Below, piece after piece: positions 25,581 to 40,191 of a DNA stretch of 64,000 nt. The notes beneath the pieces were generated by a model. The model saw only the letters and a list, made by a program, of their open reading frames with translations. It had not been told where the DNA came from and searched no databases. The position numbers and the translations under genes were made by a program. Within the stretch, counting starts at the first letter, position 1; each line of letters starts with the position of its first letter. Source of the stretch: Leptogorgia sarmentosa (lineage: Eukaryota); assembly GCA_964658305.1 (NCBI GenBank), contig OZ210886.1:868001-932000 (forward strand), in the 5' to 3' direction.

Positions 25581-28500
25581 ATGGCGTGCAAATTTACTAT
25601 CAATCTTTTTCTGATCTTGATTTTAAGTAATGTTTGCTGGATTGCAGCAGAAGATGAGAAAGAGAGTGTAGTAAAGGAAACAAACCCAGAAGGAACAGAG
25701 GACTCAGAGGACACGAACGATGATAAGGCTGCAAGTGGCGAATACACTGACACAACAACGTCAAATGAAGCAGACGAGGCAAAACCTGCAACTGATGAGA
25801 AAAGTGTGGTTACATTAACAAAGGATAATTTCGATGCTTTTATCAATGAACATGAAACTGTTCTGGTTGAATTTTATGCACCCTGGTAAGTCTTCCACTA
25901 GCCTGATCATAATCGCTTTCCTCAAATTTAATATGAGATCCCTGCACTCATTGTAGTTTGGCTTTGAGATATTTCAGTTCATCAGGCAACGTTGTCCAAA
26001 ATAAGAAACACTAGCGCAGTATTAAATAATGTATTGATTTATTATTTGTTGCTAGTTTGCCAAGTGTGCCAGCTAGCAGCTGTTCTTAGAGATTTAACCG
26101 TGCAGTACTGCCCTGGATTGCAAGTTGAATAGCCAGTGTCCTTATTCTAATGATGCTCATATTAATACTGCTTCGTTTGAATTTAGATGGAAAGTCTTAT
26201 AAACATTTATATATTAATGGTTTAGCAGATTAGATTATATTCTTTTGTATTCAATTGTTAATTGTTCAGATCCAAATCCCAATTGATTATTTAATTATGA
26301 TTTGCATGACATTGTCTAACTGTATTACTATAGGTGTGGCCATTGCAAAAGTCTTGCCCCAGAATATGAGAAAGCAGCAAAAGTTTTGAAAGAAAATGAC
26401 CCCTCTGTTCTCCTTGGTGCTGTTGATGCAACTGTAGAAACTGATCTGGCATCAAAATTTGATGTTTCTGGTTATCCAACTTTGAAGTTTTTCAAAAAGG
26501 GAGCTGCAGTTGACTATGATGGTCCTCGGCATGAAGCTGGTAAGTCTTTGATTTGCTGCATGTATCTATAGTAAGTTGTATACAACATGCAACATGTAAA
26601 CATGTAAAAACCTTTGCCTTTTACCTATTAAGTGTTTAAAATGATGTAACTATCTGCCATGTACAATGTCTTCATATTGATCGAGTACTTATTGAACATT
26701 ACGGATCATACTTTTGACATCAATAAAAGGGATGTAATACAGTTTCTTCAGAGACATATGATTTAATGGATAAATGTTCTTGTGTGACTAATCTGTAGGT
26801 ATTGTTGAGTATATGAAGGAAAGAGCTGATCCTGATTGGAAGCCACCTCCTGATGCTGTTCTAACACTTTCTAAAGACAACTTTGATGATGTTGTTAACA
26901 AAGAACCATTAATGTTGGTTGAATTTTATGCACCATGGTAAGAAATTGAATTTTTCAAATATAGTGATAATAAACAAAATTAGTAATACCAGGTATTCTG
27001 TAAATCAATTCTAGGTGTGGTCATTGTAAGAAACTTGCTCCTGAATATGAGAAAGCTGCCAAAACGCTCAAGATAAATGATCCACCAATCCTATTGGCTA
27101 AAGTTGATGCAACCATTGACTCAGATATCGCTTCAAAATATGAAGTGACAGGCTACCCCACACTAAAAATATTTAGAAATGGTAAACCATCTGAATATAA
27201 AGGGGAACGAAATGAATATGGTAAGGAGTTTAAGACTTATTAAGTTCGAGACTTGACAAATTAACTTGTCAAGGAAAAGTTGCTCCTCTCTGCAGGGTGT
27301 ATGAGTAACTCATAAAATATGTTTACATTTTCATAATAGGCATAGTTAACTACATGCAAGGGCAAGTTGGACCAAGTTCAAAACTCCTGCCAACTAAGAA
27401 GGCTGTGATGGAGTTTGTCAAAGAATGGGATGATGTCGTTATAATGGGCTTCTTTGAAAATGAAAATGCTGAAATGTTGAGTCAGTATCTTGAAGCAAAT
27501 AACGACATTCGAGATGACTACAGATTTGGACATACGTTTGACCTTGAAGCAAGAAAATCGTTTGGCTTTACGAAGAATGCAATTACTTTAATGCAGCCTG
27601 AGAAATTCAGATCCAAATATGAAGATAAATTTAATGTGTTTAAGGTGAATAGCTGTCTTGTTGAGCACAATATTTTTAGATTCTGTACAGTAAATACAGG
27701 TAATAACATGTATGCTGAAGTCGACTTTCCAAAGTTTCTACTGTGGGGTAGTGTTCAAAATGCGCCTTCTCGATTTCACTGAATGCATGTGAACAAAACG
27801 TGAATTCGCGCAGTCCATCTTACAAATGTGTCTATACTCTCCATATCAGCATAACCGCACGATTTGAGTAGATCACGTGACCAGCTCCTACCATAGTGTT
27901 CAGTTCTCACAAGTGAAGTTGCTCGTTTTTCATCACCCGAGAACCGAGTTTTAAAACTCATTTAATATTTCAATGATTTCCACTGCTCAACCTTTTAATT
28001 AATATTCCCAGGGAGATCCATCCAAGCCTGAAAATATTCAGAAGTTTTACGGTGATAATGTCGTTCCATTGGTCGGGCAAATGACGAATCAAAATGACGA
28101 GAAACGCTACAAAAAGCGCCCATTGGTTATGGTTTTTTATGGCGTTGATTTCACTTTTGAACACAGAGAAGGTACAGTATTAGCAGTTATTAACTGAGAA
28201 CGGACTACGGAGTTGTTACAGTATATTGCTGTTGAATAGTCGCAATCTCGTACCAGAGTACGTCGCCGGCTCCGTGTTCGTGAGAGTAGGCACCATGGAC
28301 CAAGATAAGATGTATCGAGTAGAACTGTGGAAGGCTTCTAGTTTGACCAAAGTTTTTTTGTTTCTCAGAATTATCCAGTATCACATGATTACATATTGAA
28401 TCAATCTATCTGCAATTTAGTAGTAAGGTGTTAAATACTTGTCAGGCAATATATTGTCAACTACTTTTCTCACAGGCACACAATACTGGAGAAACAAGGT

Positions 28501-29338
28501 GGTTGAAGTAGCTAATGATTATCGCGATTTCACTTTCGCCATTGCTGATGAAGAGGAGTATTCAAATCGTTTAAAAGATTTTGGTTTGGACGATTCTGGT
28601 GAAGATGTCAATGTTGCCTTGTTGGATGAGAAAGATAGAAAATATAAAATGGATGATGAATTCAGTGAAGACTCTCTTAGAGAATTCTTGGATGCATACA
28701 AAAATGGTGAGTACTATTACGTATTTTAATTTACGAAATTTCAACTACTTTCTTACAGAATAACAAAAGATATGTATAGCAGAGTGAATATAGCAAAATG
28801 AATTACTATTCGGATAAACCTTTCTGTGCGCTGATTGGCTGAAACACGAACACGAGATCACCTGGATACTGTACCATAAACAGTCCGGTCATCCAAAATA
28901 TGAAATTAATTTCTTTTCGCAGGTGAACTAGAGGCGCAGATAAAGTCGCAGCCTGTACCCCATGGGAAGTCTGGGCCTGTTCAAGTGGTGGTAGGTAGCA
29001 ATTTCGAAGAGATTGTGTTTGATAAAACAAAAGACGTTCTCATCGAGCTTTACGCACCGTGGTGTGGCCATTGCAAGGCATTAGAACCAACGTATAAAAA
29101 ACTTGCTCAGAAATACAAGGATGAGTCTGATCTTGTTATTGCTAAGTTGGATGCCACCACCAATGATGTTCCAGTTGAGTACAAAGCCAGCGGTTTTCCA
29201 ACTATTTTCTTCGCACCAAAAGGAGATAAGTTAAAGCCCGTAAAATATGAAGGTGCGCGGGAATTGAGTAATTTTGTTAAGTTCTTGGAAGAGAAATCGA
29301 CAGTTTTATCCAAAACGAAAGCCAAGGAAGAACTGTAG
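25581..29338 (+). CDS. PDIA4: Protein disulfide-isomerase A4 (ERp72), multi-exon
   Basis: Signal peptide plus acidic N-terminus; three thioredoxin [20 protein letters not shown] sites (two split by introns at 25885/26334 and 26937/27015, third at ~29050); b/b' domains; C-terminal ER-retention KEEL-TAG. Confidence 0.95.
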
Positions 29339-31064
29339 TTTATAAATGGTAGTGTCATTGACAATGTAGCCCGTGATTCAGTAGGTAATATGTAAATAAA
29401 TCTATTCTATTGTTAGAAAAATTCACAGCACATTTACATGTACTCAGCAACATGTTATATACAAGTATTTGGTGCCGCTTAAAATCCCTCTAATCATGGA
29501 TAGAAAGAAATCGGTTCGTCGATATATGTTATTGATGATTTCATTTGTAAAAGTTGGGAAATTATCAGTTTTCGTCGAATGCATGGTGTCTATTTTGTAA
29601 ACACAATACTGTTTCTGGGAAACGCTCACAGTATTTTACTGTCTGGTCTGTCGGATTGACTTTATTAAGTTCGCATACCTTACTGTTTGAGGTTTAAGCC
29701 GTAGATAACGCTTGTATAAAAAATAAGCCACGTCATCTCAACCTCGTTCCCAGGGTCTTGATCGTTCACGGCATCGAACAAGGATCATATTTTCAATGTC
29801 ACCTACATATTTTCAATAATAGGTTCATTTTCTTCAGAAAGCTAATTACTGTGCGTCAGTAAAATATCGGCCTTGTGATAATCATCATTTGCATATATTA
29901 ACCATAATTCTATAAACGTCAGCTACGTCAGTCTATATAGCTTTGATGGCTTTCCGATCAACAAATAAAAAATATTTTTCATTATGTAAAAATTAAAAGA
30001 AAACATTTCATCTCTGTAAAGAATATTGTCAAACATAGTACCAATGTACCAATTCCCGAGAAAAAATAATAGTGACAAGTCATTTCGTCCGAGATAAAAG
30101 TGCTCGTGAAAATGGATTTAATTTGATAAACAACATAGTACTTATAGTAGTATAAATGTTTTGTTCAAATAATGCGAGTCTATAAGTAGGAATAAGTGAC
30201 GCACGTATAGTTAAGCGGTATTCTCAAAACAATGAATTCATAATTCATAACTTAAAAGCTGTCATCCCACTGGATCCCCCCTAGCTTGATCCTGTAACAG
30301 TTTTGCGAACACTTTCTTTTCCACGGCCGATTATCTGCCGGATGAAATTTTCCCTGGGAAGGGCTTTGCAAGTTTGAGAGTTGAGACTATGAACACTGCA
30401 AAGCGTGAATTTTTGTGACTATTCATTTGTATAGTACAAAATTAAGAGCCTTATTTTACCCGGACGCTCTTCAAAGCTTTGTAGAAAAAAACTGAACAAG
30501 GTTGGAAAGAAAATGTAAACTAATTGTTATGTCAACTTGAGACCAGGGTTTCCTGTAAAGATGAGGAAATGAAAAGTATTCTCTGACACATCAAATAACT
30601 CCAAGTTAAATTTACAGGATTTATATTCATTGTTTTGCTTGATCGTATCGCAGCCAAACTGTGCCCAGCCACCTGCTTCAGTTCCTTTATGTAAATAGGA
30701 AACATTGCGGGTAATTTCGACTCGGTACATGAATTTATGAACGTGTAAAAAATAACTTGTGACATGCCATTGTTATAAAACGAAATACGACAATTTGAAA
30801 TTATTTTCATTTTCTGGTCCAATAATTGTCGTATATCTTGTGGGCAGCTGTTGTGCTTATCATATTTCTATTCTTCTTTTGTCGAAAATCGTCTGCAGAA
30901 GTGGCAGACGGCTGTGTTTTGGGCAAGCTATTACGCCATTGGCTAAAAATCCAATTACACTCTACTGACATGCGGTTATTGGGTAAATATATGTATGTGT
31001 CCAAACAGACTATGTAAAAGCAGAACATAAGCTTCTGAATGATCCAAGCTATCAACGGTCAGTA

Positions 31065-34000
31065 ATGGCTGAAACAAAAAAGGAAGTTTGTAGCGCGAAG
31101 ATGGACGAACATGGAAAAAAAGACGAGAAGCAAAAAACCGAAGCAAAGCAGGAAAGCATAGAAACACTACTCCGAGATATGCATGTCCTGCAGAAGATCG
31201 TCAGCTTTCTAAAGTACTTTGCCCAGTTCCTTTTTCTCTGGTTGCTCGGTTGGCTTGGCTTTAGCTACATTTGGGTGTTCATTGCGGCAATCGGTTACTA
31301 CATTGTGAAAACTAGGCAGGAAAGACGCGATTGGAAGCAAAAAGTTGGACAAGCTTTGGCTCAGGATGAAGAAGTTGTCATCCGTGCTCGTTTGGGAGAT
31401 TTGCCGTCATGGGTGAGTATTTTTTATGTTCAGCAAATAGTTCACCTCTTTTGTTTTTCCAATCAAACATTTTTAGTTGCAAAGCAAAATTTCAAAATAC
31501 GGTGTATGTTGTGTATGTAGCTATATAATACTACTTTCATGTTAAAGCAATGAATAATTTATATGATTATAAAAAATTATCGCTTTCCTTTTTATCACTG
31601 ATGCTTACTCGTTTTGCGCAATGCGCGTTGAAAATATGCTGGGAAAGTTTGAATTGGATAGGAAAGGTGAAGCACGCATTAACGTTCAACGGTTCAAAGT
31701 GTGGCTCTCTACACATGTATATTTTTGATAATTTTGTTTATTGAATGCTCATATTTAAAAATAAGACATAATTATCATCGTGGAATTAAGATCCTATCAT
31801 CTTTATATTACAGACGTGCATATGCTTGTGTGGCTTCAGTAGGTTTCATGTGATTAAAATAATTTTTTAGGAACATGGGAATTGTTCCAGCTGCCTTTAG
31901 TTTTGCACCTGAGTAAACTGAAAACAGGCAACGCCTTTTATCAACGGTTTAAGTGCCTCTAGAAAGTACTTGTAGAAAATGCCCAAGCCTTCTTTTCAAA
32001 ATGCCGTTGAAATTAAGATGTTCGTGAGTCAACTATAATATCACTCAAGCTCGTTTTCATGCAAATCCAATAACTTTGAAGATGAATTAATTGGGAGGAG
32101 GTCTTATTGATATTTCTGAAACAGCTAAACAGCATATAATTATTTTGCATGTTAACTACACAAAGCCCAGAAATATATGTGAATTTTATCCAAAATTAAT
32201 GTTGGCAAACATGTAGATCACGTTTAGAGAATTCGTTCAAAGTGATAGTAACCCTGCCCAGTAAAACCTTTTTATTCAGGTTTTGTTTTATTTGTTTACC
32301 AATGTTTAAATTAAAAAAATATCCCGTAGCATATAGAATTTGACTACAATGCAAATGATTAAATAACTACAGTAAAGTACCCTCATGCATGACGTGTATA
32401 TAAAGTCGTAATGCAACACCTTGCTCATTCCAGGGAGCAGGGACAGCTTTCAGCTGGCCCGCCCAAAAATTGTCAGGTGGCAAAACTAAAGTTTGTGCTC
32501 AGGCTATTCTCATTGAGAGGGCGATAGGGGGGAGGAGGATGGGGAAAGGAGTGTAACAAGCAGCAATCCTCGAGTACTGTAGTGTAGAACTACATGAAAA
32601 ATATAGACATAATATCGACATTTTAATTGAGCAAAACTCGTGGGAATCCTGAAAACGGGATTTTACAGGCCTGAATCCACAACTGATAGAATCTCAGCAG
32701 TTACACTATGATAGAAAATCATATTAACACCAAAGTTTTTTGTTATCAACGATGATAAGTTGATTACTCAGAACTCATCATTATTGAAAATTATACTACT
32801 ATCCCCCCTGCCGCGATAATTTATTCACTCACCAAGAAAACATATAATTTATGCAAAATGCATTTGTTGTGCATATTTTTCTGCTTGAGCACAAGTAACG
32901 TTTGTACTTTGGTGCACAGTGTGCAGCATAATTAGGAAAGTGATTTTTGTAAAGTTCTGGAAGCAACTAGGTCTGTTGTGTACGGTATTTGAGAAGTGCT
33001 TACTTCAGAGGCGTTATTTCAATATTATCGAAGTAATCGAACAACATGACTGATGTGGAAAGTGGAACGAAAGATGTGTGTAAAAAAGACCAATCTACCT
33101 CTGAAAATGAACAAAAATCTGCAGCACCTATCACGTCAAAAATTCGAGCATATGCTGGTGTAATTTCGTTCTTTAAGTACTTCGGTGGAGGGTTTTTTGT
33201 ATGGTCAGCTGGTCGCTGGGATTTTCACTATGGCTGGCTATTATCTGGTATCGCTATTTACACACTTTATAAATGTTATAAAAAGGATAAAAAGTTAGGA
33301 ATTGAACCCCCACCTGAAGTTCTCGATGCAAACGATTCGAGTCGTATCAAGGATTTGCCAAATTGGGTAGGTATAAGTAGAGTGGCAATTGAAAATTAAA
33401 TTTCTTAGGTTCTCGCGTAAATCTGTGTTGTATCTGTATTGAGACCGCAGCGAATGAATCGGACCTGCGTTTATGCTACAGCTATATTCTGCGAATGGAC
33501 TCTGCAACTCAACATAAATTTTAGATAATAGACCTCCAACTCAAAGCCTTGGTTTGGCCCAATAATTTTAAGTAACAACCTTCGATTCGACCATTTAATT
33601 GTGCCTATAATTGCCTGCGAACATAGTTATGCCAATCATGCAGCTAATACAAAACCAATAGATAAATCTGAAGATGAAGTTATAATATACTTGCTCAGGC
33701 CTTCCCTAAATTGCACAGCTGTTAATTGCTTCTTGCTACACCTTGATTGGGATTTTTGCGTAAAACTGCTTCGAAGTTGATGAAATTAGAAGAGTAAATC
33801 ATAAAAGATCTCTTGAATAGCAACATTCTGGAATTTGTATGAATGCTAATTAGAATATTCTAGTATGATATGGGTGTAGCTATTAGTTTCAAAAAGAATA
33901 TTCAATGGTTTCCATGTATAAATAATGTGTGCTTATACAATTGAACACAATAAACATTTCTGTTACAGAGTTGAAAAATATCCAGTAATGGAAATAACTA

Positions 34001-37000
34001 TGTAGGAATACTTGCCCTTCCCATCATTTTTAACATATAGACCTTCCATTGCAATACAGGTGTTCTTCCCAGATGTTGAGAGAGCAGAATGGTTGAATAA
34101 GGTTTGTTTATCCATAGTTTTAGAAATGGAATTATAAATTTGTGTTTGGGGGATTTTAGATGGCCCAATGAAAACAAAAAATGGAAGACTCAATTTTCCT
34201 GAAACCTTCTGAAAACTTCCTCCCCATCATTAAGCTCTACCATAGACTGGGATATGCAGATTAAATGCTTATTTAGTCAAGAATGAAAGAAACATATTAC
34301 ATATTTATTTAGTTTGTTGCTCAACTCTGGCCCTATGTGAATGAAATGGTCATCAAGATTCTCAAGGAAACAGTTGAACCAAAAATTCAAGAATCTGTGC
34401 CAGGAATGTTTAAATCCATTTATTTTACTGAAATCTCCCTTGGAAATCGGGTAAAACATTTCTTGCTATGTTCCCTATTAGAAGGCCGGATTGTTCTTTA
34501 TGCTGTACAAAAACCGTAAAAACTATTTTTGTTAAACATTAAATCAATTTTTCGGTTGTGTTCGTCATTAGAACATGTTTCATTAAACTTTTAAACTGTT
34601 TTTATGGTCTAACTCATAAAGATGCTGTAGGAAAAAAGAGCAACATTATCTTAAATTTTCAATGCAGTTGATATTAACCCCACTGGCCAGTTCGTCCCAG
34701 GCTCTCACAACCTGCCTCAGGTGAATTATTGTAACTGCTTTGTTTAAAGGCCCCTCGTATTGGTGGAATTAAAGTCTACACAGAAAACGTGAAGAGATCA
34801 GAAGTAATTATGGACATTGATGTAATGTAGGTTCATTTGTTTTATTTTGTATTTTCCTGCAGCACAGTTGAGTTTGCTGCGCCAGCGTTTGATCGTATGA
34901 CACACTGACGTTTTTTATCCAACACTTGAAACTTCATTTTTGAATTTGAAATACGAATTACTTCATTCATTTAAATTTGATCTCGAGTTAAAGAGAATAT
35001 TTTTGCATTTTTATGTTTGCATTCTTAGATATTCGGGTGATGCAGATTTTGAGCTGTCAGTGAAATGTGTGACTGTGGGAATTGAAGATGTTCAGGTGTG
35101 AACCAGTTTAGTGGTATCTGCCAGAATTATGAATCCATCGTTGTTGAGAGAAACTAGATAAGGAATATATTTGTTGCTTGTTTTAAACCGTTCCTTGTCT
35201 TACCTTTAGCTCCGAGGCACTTTACGTGTCATCATGTCTCCACTTGTTCCCGCTTCCCCACTGGTTGCTGGTCTCTCTGTATTTTTCTTGGATAAACCGG
35301 TACGTAATCTGAAGTTCATTTATTTGATTATTTTTGCAGTTTACACCAGGCGGAATAAAGAGGAAAGGCGACGTAGGCCCCCAGATCCGAGAGACCTTCA
35401 AGTTATAAATCTTGATGTTTTTTCCAATAATTTTTCCAACATTTTATTGTTAATTCCAGGAATTAGACTTCAATCTTACGAATTTACTCAACGTATTGGA
35501 CGTACCAGGCATCAGGTATACCAAAATTGCGAACCAAAGATACACTTGTATACTTAATTACTTATTACTAATTTAGATTATAGGCCACTGCTATACGTAT
35601 AGTACATGTCCGCTGGTTGTATGTCTTATAATGTTTTGTGATTTATTTAGTGGCATACTGCGTGGAGCTATTGGTGACGTCATCGCATCTTTCTGTGTTC
35701 TTCCAAACCGTATTACAATCCCGTTGCTAAACGACAGTAGCATATTTGATTTGAAATATCCAATGCCAAAGGTACTGTATATGTATTGTACGTCTTTGGA
35801 ACGTATTTTACCAAATGAACTCAGTAGTTCATTCGCGAGTCGTGACGACTCACTGCTGGGGGTTTTACTAATGAGCAACTTACTGTACTAATGGTAGCAA
35901 TGGACAACCTGGAGGTACGAGTGTTCGTTATTAGGTGGATGTCAATTTGATATTTTGTGTAGGGAATGATGAGGTTTGAAATTATCGAAGCTCGTGATTT
36001 AGAGAAGAAAGATATCGGTTTCCTGAAGAAAGGATCAGCTGATCCATTTGTCGTCGTGAAAAGTGAGTTGTATTACAATACTCGTGGTCAGGACTGAACG
36101 TCAACATTACAATATACTGTAGTATTTATTACATGCAAGTTTTGTTCATGGCAAATACCAATCCGAAACTTTGGTTCATAATCGTATTGTCGTTTCTTTG
36201 CAAGTAATACAGCAACGTATGTTGTTCACGTATGAGGTGTAATCTTATTAAAAACCAGTTGAATCATTTTAATTAAAACATTCATTGCAGTGACTATTGG
36301 ATATTCAATTTTTTGTCTCTATTTAGTGGGAGCAGAGTCATTCAAAACTGACGTGAAGAAAAATACACTATCCCCCAACTGGAGTGAAACATTTGAGGTG
36401 AACAGTTTTTAGCGCACCTCCTTATATTTCTTATAATAATCTTTTTAATTTACCCTATAAATTATTTAATTTACCCTTACTCTATACTTATTTACCCTCT
36501 AATTCCACGTTTATTTCAGTTCTTTGTTGACTTTCCAAATGGCCAAAAGGTCAGGTTGCATCTCTACGATTACGACAAAGCGTCGGACAACGAATCAATG
36601 GGATAGTAAGTATACTTGTCTTAAATCCACGATTCCATCTTCTGTTTTATTATAAACCGTTCTTTACTTACGTGCCACACGTTTTATCCTACTAAAAATC
36701 TCTTTTGTTACACGTAGCATTGAGTTGGATGTTTCTACCATTGCTTCTCAAGGAATTGTCGACGCGGTGAGATCATACTGTCTTAGTGAATTGCGAGTTG
36801 TTGATCAAAGTACATGCATGTGTACTACCAATCGCTCAAGTATAATTGTCTACTGTGGTTTGCAGTTATTTTTTATTCAATCATTCACTCATAATACATA
36901 ATTAGAGGTAAAATGGTACAATAACGTACCAGTTCCGTTTTACAGTTTTCTGTAAAAACGGAAGAGCTTTAGTCTACCTAGTTGGACTTGTACCATGTAG

Positions 37001-39835
37001 CCCGACTGTACAGTGTATTTTCGTTTAATCGCAAATATTTCTGCAGTGGTTGCCGCTGGAAGATACCAAGTCAGGTGAAGTACATGTGAAGTGCACGTGG
37101 TTCACCCTATCATGTGATCCAAAAGACTTGGTGATTGCAAAATCGGTATGGCCCTTGTTGTTTTATCGGTAGTAATTTTTTATGTTCTTCTAAATGTTGG
37201 TTATAGTCCTGTGAAAACCGAAATGTTGAAAACAAATTGGTTACATTTCCTCTGATGTTTTATTTTAGGGTCATGGTGAGCAAAGTAAAGATCTGCTGGC
37301 GAATGCAGCGCTCTTTGTAAAACTTGACTGTGGGAAAAAATTGCCGGTGAGTATTTTAATAATATTTGATCTGCATAGACAATTAGGAATCTTTAACATG
37401 CACAATGAAAATTGGACGGCAGACAAGTACCTACTCTATTTGTGTGTAGATTGCCAACAAAGTGAAACGATCTACAAGCGCCATGTGTAAACTAACTTTG
37501 GGAAATAAGACTGTCGAAAGCCAGGTACGTACACATGCGATATGATTACTTGAATATACTTTCACTTGGGAAAGGTTGTTGACACAGATGTTTGTCAATT
37601 TCATCTTAATTCTAGGTTGTGGAAGACACTGTGAATCCGGTTTGGGACGAATTTTATCGTTTCTTGGTCTATAATGCAAAATATCAAGAGCTAAATGTGG
37701 AGGTGAGTACGCTTTATACGTGCATACGGTCATCCAAATATAATTGTCCAGCGCTGATCCACAACTGACAGACAATATGTTCGATAATTAGTTTTGCAAA
37801 CAGAGTAGTATTGGTGGAATCTTTATGCTCGCCCCACAATGCACGCAGTCAAAACTATAGCGTTTAAATACGACATTTTTTTCATTTCTAAAGGTAATTG
37901 ATAGCCAGAAAGAGAAGAATATTGGTGTGTTGGAAGTTTCATTGAACACTTTGATTGATGCTGAAGATATGTCGGTTGAACAGCCATTTCCACTCCGTGA
38001 CTCTGGATATGAGAGTTCTATAGTGTGTGAACTCAAACTTAGGGTATGTTACTTACTTTCTGTGCAATATGTACATACTGTATGCTATGACAGATAAGAA
38101 AAACTGAAGAGATTGAAATCTCAGTATAGTTGTCTGCCATCATTTCTGCAGGTAACAGAAAAATGATGTATTTTTGCAGGCTCTGGTGAACCGAAAAGTG
38201 AATTATGATGCATGTGGTGAAGCGACTTCAGTCGAAGAAGTCAGCGAGCAGCAGAATACCAAGGCTGACATTAAACCTGAGCCAGAATCAAGCGAAGAGT
38301 ACGTGAAACCTGTTCCTCTAGCGGAAAAAGTAGGAAGGTACATGAAGGACTAATTCTCATCTTCTGTATCTACTTACTAATTACTAACCACTAATGACAA
38401 TTGAATTTTATAAACATTTGTGCACGCACTTCAACTTCTCCATATAAAACTGAAAAAAAGAATTTTTCAAGTGTCATCTGGCCAATGAGATGCGAGAGTG
38501 AATTCGAGGCTTGGTATATTAGATGATCGCTAATTGTCGTCTAAATGTTTGTTGTGTAGCCACCACAGTTTGTTGACGATTTAAAAAAACTCGCCTAATC
38601 TTCTAAATGACATTTACTGCACAGCAAATTTATGACAATCTTGTGCAAACTAGGTTATTAGTGGTGTTTGTCTGGCTCATTACATTAAACCTGAAAAGAA
38701 CACAGTAATCTTTCTCTCTTATAGTGAAGAACCACAAAATGTTCGCCAAAGAAAACCTGCATCATCGCCATCTGTTTCTACACCCGAGTCCAAACCTGCA
38801 ACTTCACCTGGGTAAGACCTGATTGCGAAATTGTTGAACTCAGTGTGGGAGAAATGATTATGAGATTTTTATGTCAAATTTAGGGAACGAACTGGTGAAG
38901 TGGAACTCGCCATTACACATAAGGACAATAAACTTATTGTTGTTGTCAAATCTGCCAGGTATGGTAGTTATGTTTTTTTTACCAAAAAGCTTGATTTCTT
39001 TAAAGACTAATTTTCCACTTTAAAATATGAAAACCTGCTTACTTTGCAGTAAATATTGAATGGAAAAATTAAGGGAAACTACCAGACACATATGTTTCTA
39101 GCAATATTTGATTTTTCAGAGGATTACAGCCATGTGACTCGGATGGCCTAGCCGATCCCTACATTCGTATGTATCTTCTTCCCGAAAAATCAAAATCAGC
39201 TCGTCGCAAGACAGATGTGGTGAAAAATTCCTTGGAGCCAAAGTTTGATGAAACGTAAGTGTAATGCATGTAGTGTTGTGTTAACTGTAAACACAATATA
39301 TATATAGAGCTTACTTTTGTAACTGTTGTAGTTTTGAGTGGACTGTTGACAGAAATGAAATTCCTAAGAGAAGTTTAGAAGTAATTGTGAAGAATGATGT
39401 TTCATTTTTCTCAAGAGCAAAGACAACAATGGGGAGAGTAAGTTTGATTTTTAAAATATGGTTATCAAACGCATATGTAGTACGTATGGAGAATGCTTTG
39501 AAGCGTGTTTGAGAAACAAATATTGATAACTGTGATCTGGAATGCAATGAAACCGGATGCCTTGCTGTTAGTCGAGTTTCAAAGACTTTACTTGAAGCTG
39601 ATCTTTTTTTTCATCATAACATGTTTAAACTTCTTTTTTGTAATAGACTGTTGTGGAAATGTCATCTCTGAATTTGGAAAAGGCCGAGGCAATATGGTCA
39701 GCATCAACGTTTTTCTTTCATGTTTTACAATTAATTCGAGAATAAAATCATTCATATCACGTCCATGACTAACATTGGGATGATTTATCCTTTTATAGGT
39801 ATCCAATTTATGATGATCCTAATGACAGCGACTGA
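31065..39835 (+). CDS. ESYT: Extended synaptotagmin (E-Syt2/3-like: membrane hairpin, SMP domain, three C2 domains), isoform with first exon 1A (31065-31412)
   Basis: Exon 1A ends RLGDLPSW/gt and joins 34060-34101 VFFPDVERAEWLNK. SMP exons to ~35771 (VLPNRITIPL), C2A (35963 onward, GSADPFVVVK), C2B (ANAALFVKLD), C2C (DSDGLADPYIRMYLLPEKSKSARRKT). Last exon 39799-39835 WYPIYDDPNDSD-TGA. Confidence 0.93.
33046..33366 (+). CDS. ESYT: Alternative first coding exon (1B) of the extended synaptotagmin
   Basis: Own ATG, hydrophobic hairpin (FFKYFGGGFFVWSAGRWDFHYGWLLSGIAIY), ends RIKDLPNW/gtaggt in phase 0, the same junction as exon 1A. Confidence 0.85.
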
Positions 39836-40191
39836 AAATCCACGAACATGCACCGTAGTTCAACGAATGCATATTCGCTGTGACAATAGCTGAGAAAGAA
39901 TGCGTGGATGTTTCGAAGAATCGCATGTTAGACTAGTTAGAATTAAATGAATGCACGTAGTCTTTTGTGACGATTTCTGTTTTATTTGTCTTATTTCATT
40001 CGTGTGTAGTTAGTAAAAAGGTCCGATTAGAAATAAAAACACTACAAAATACAACGAGTACAACAGTCACTTTCAATTTTGTAATTATTGGTTGGGTGGT
40101 GCAAAGGTACCACTGGTACCAACTAGTCAACACAATAGTTGGGCGTACATGAAGTAGTCCGTAGAAATCATTAAAATTCAAAAAGACAAAT

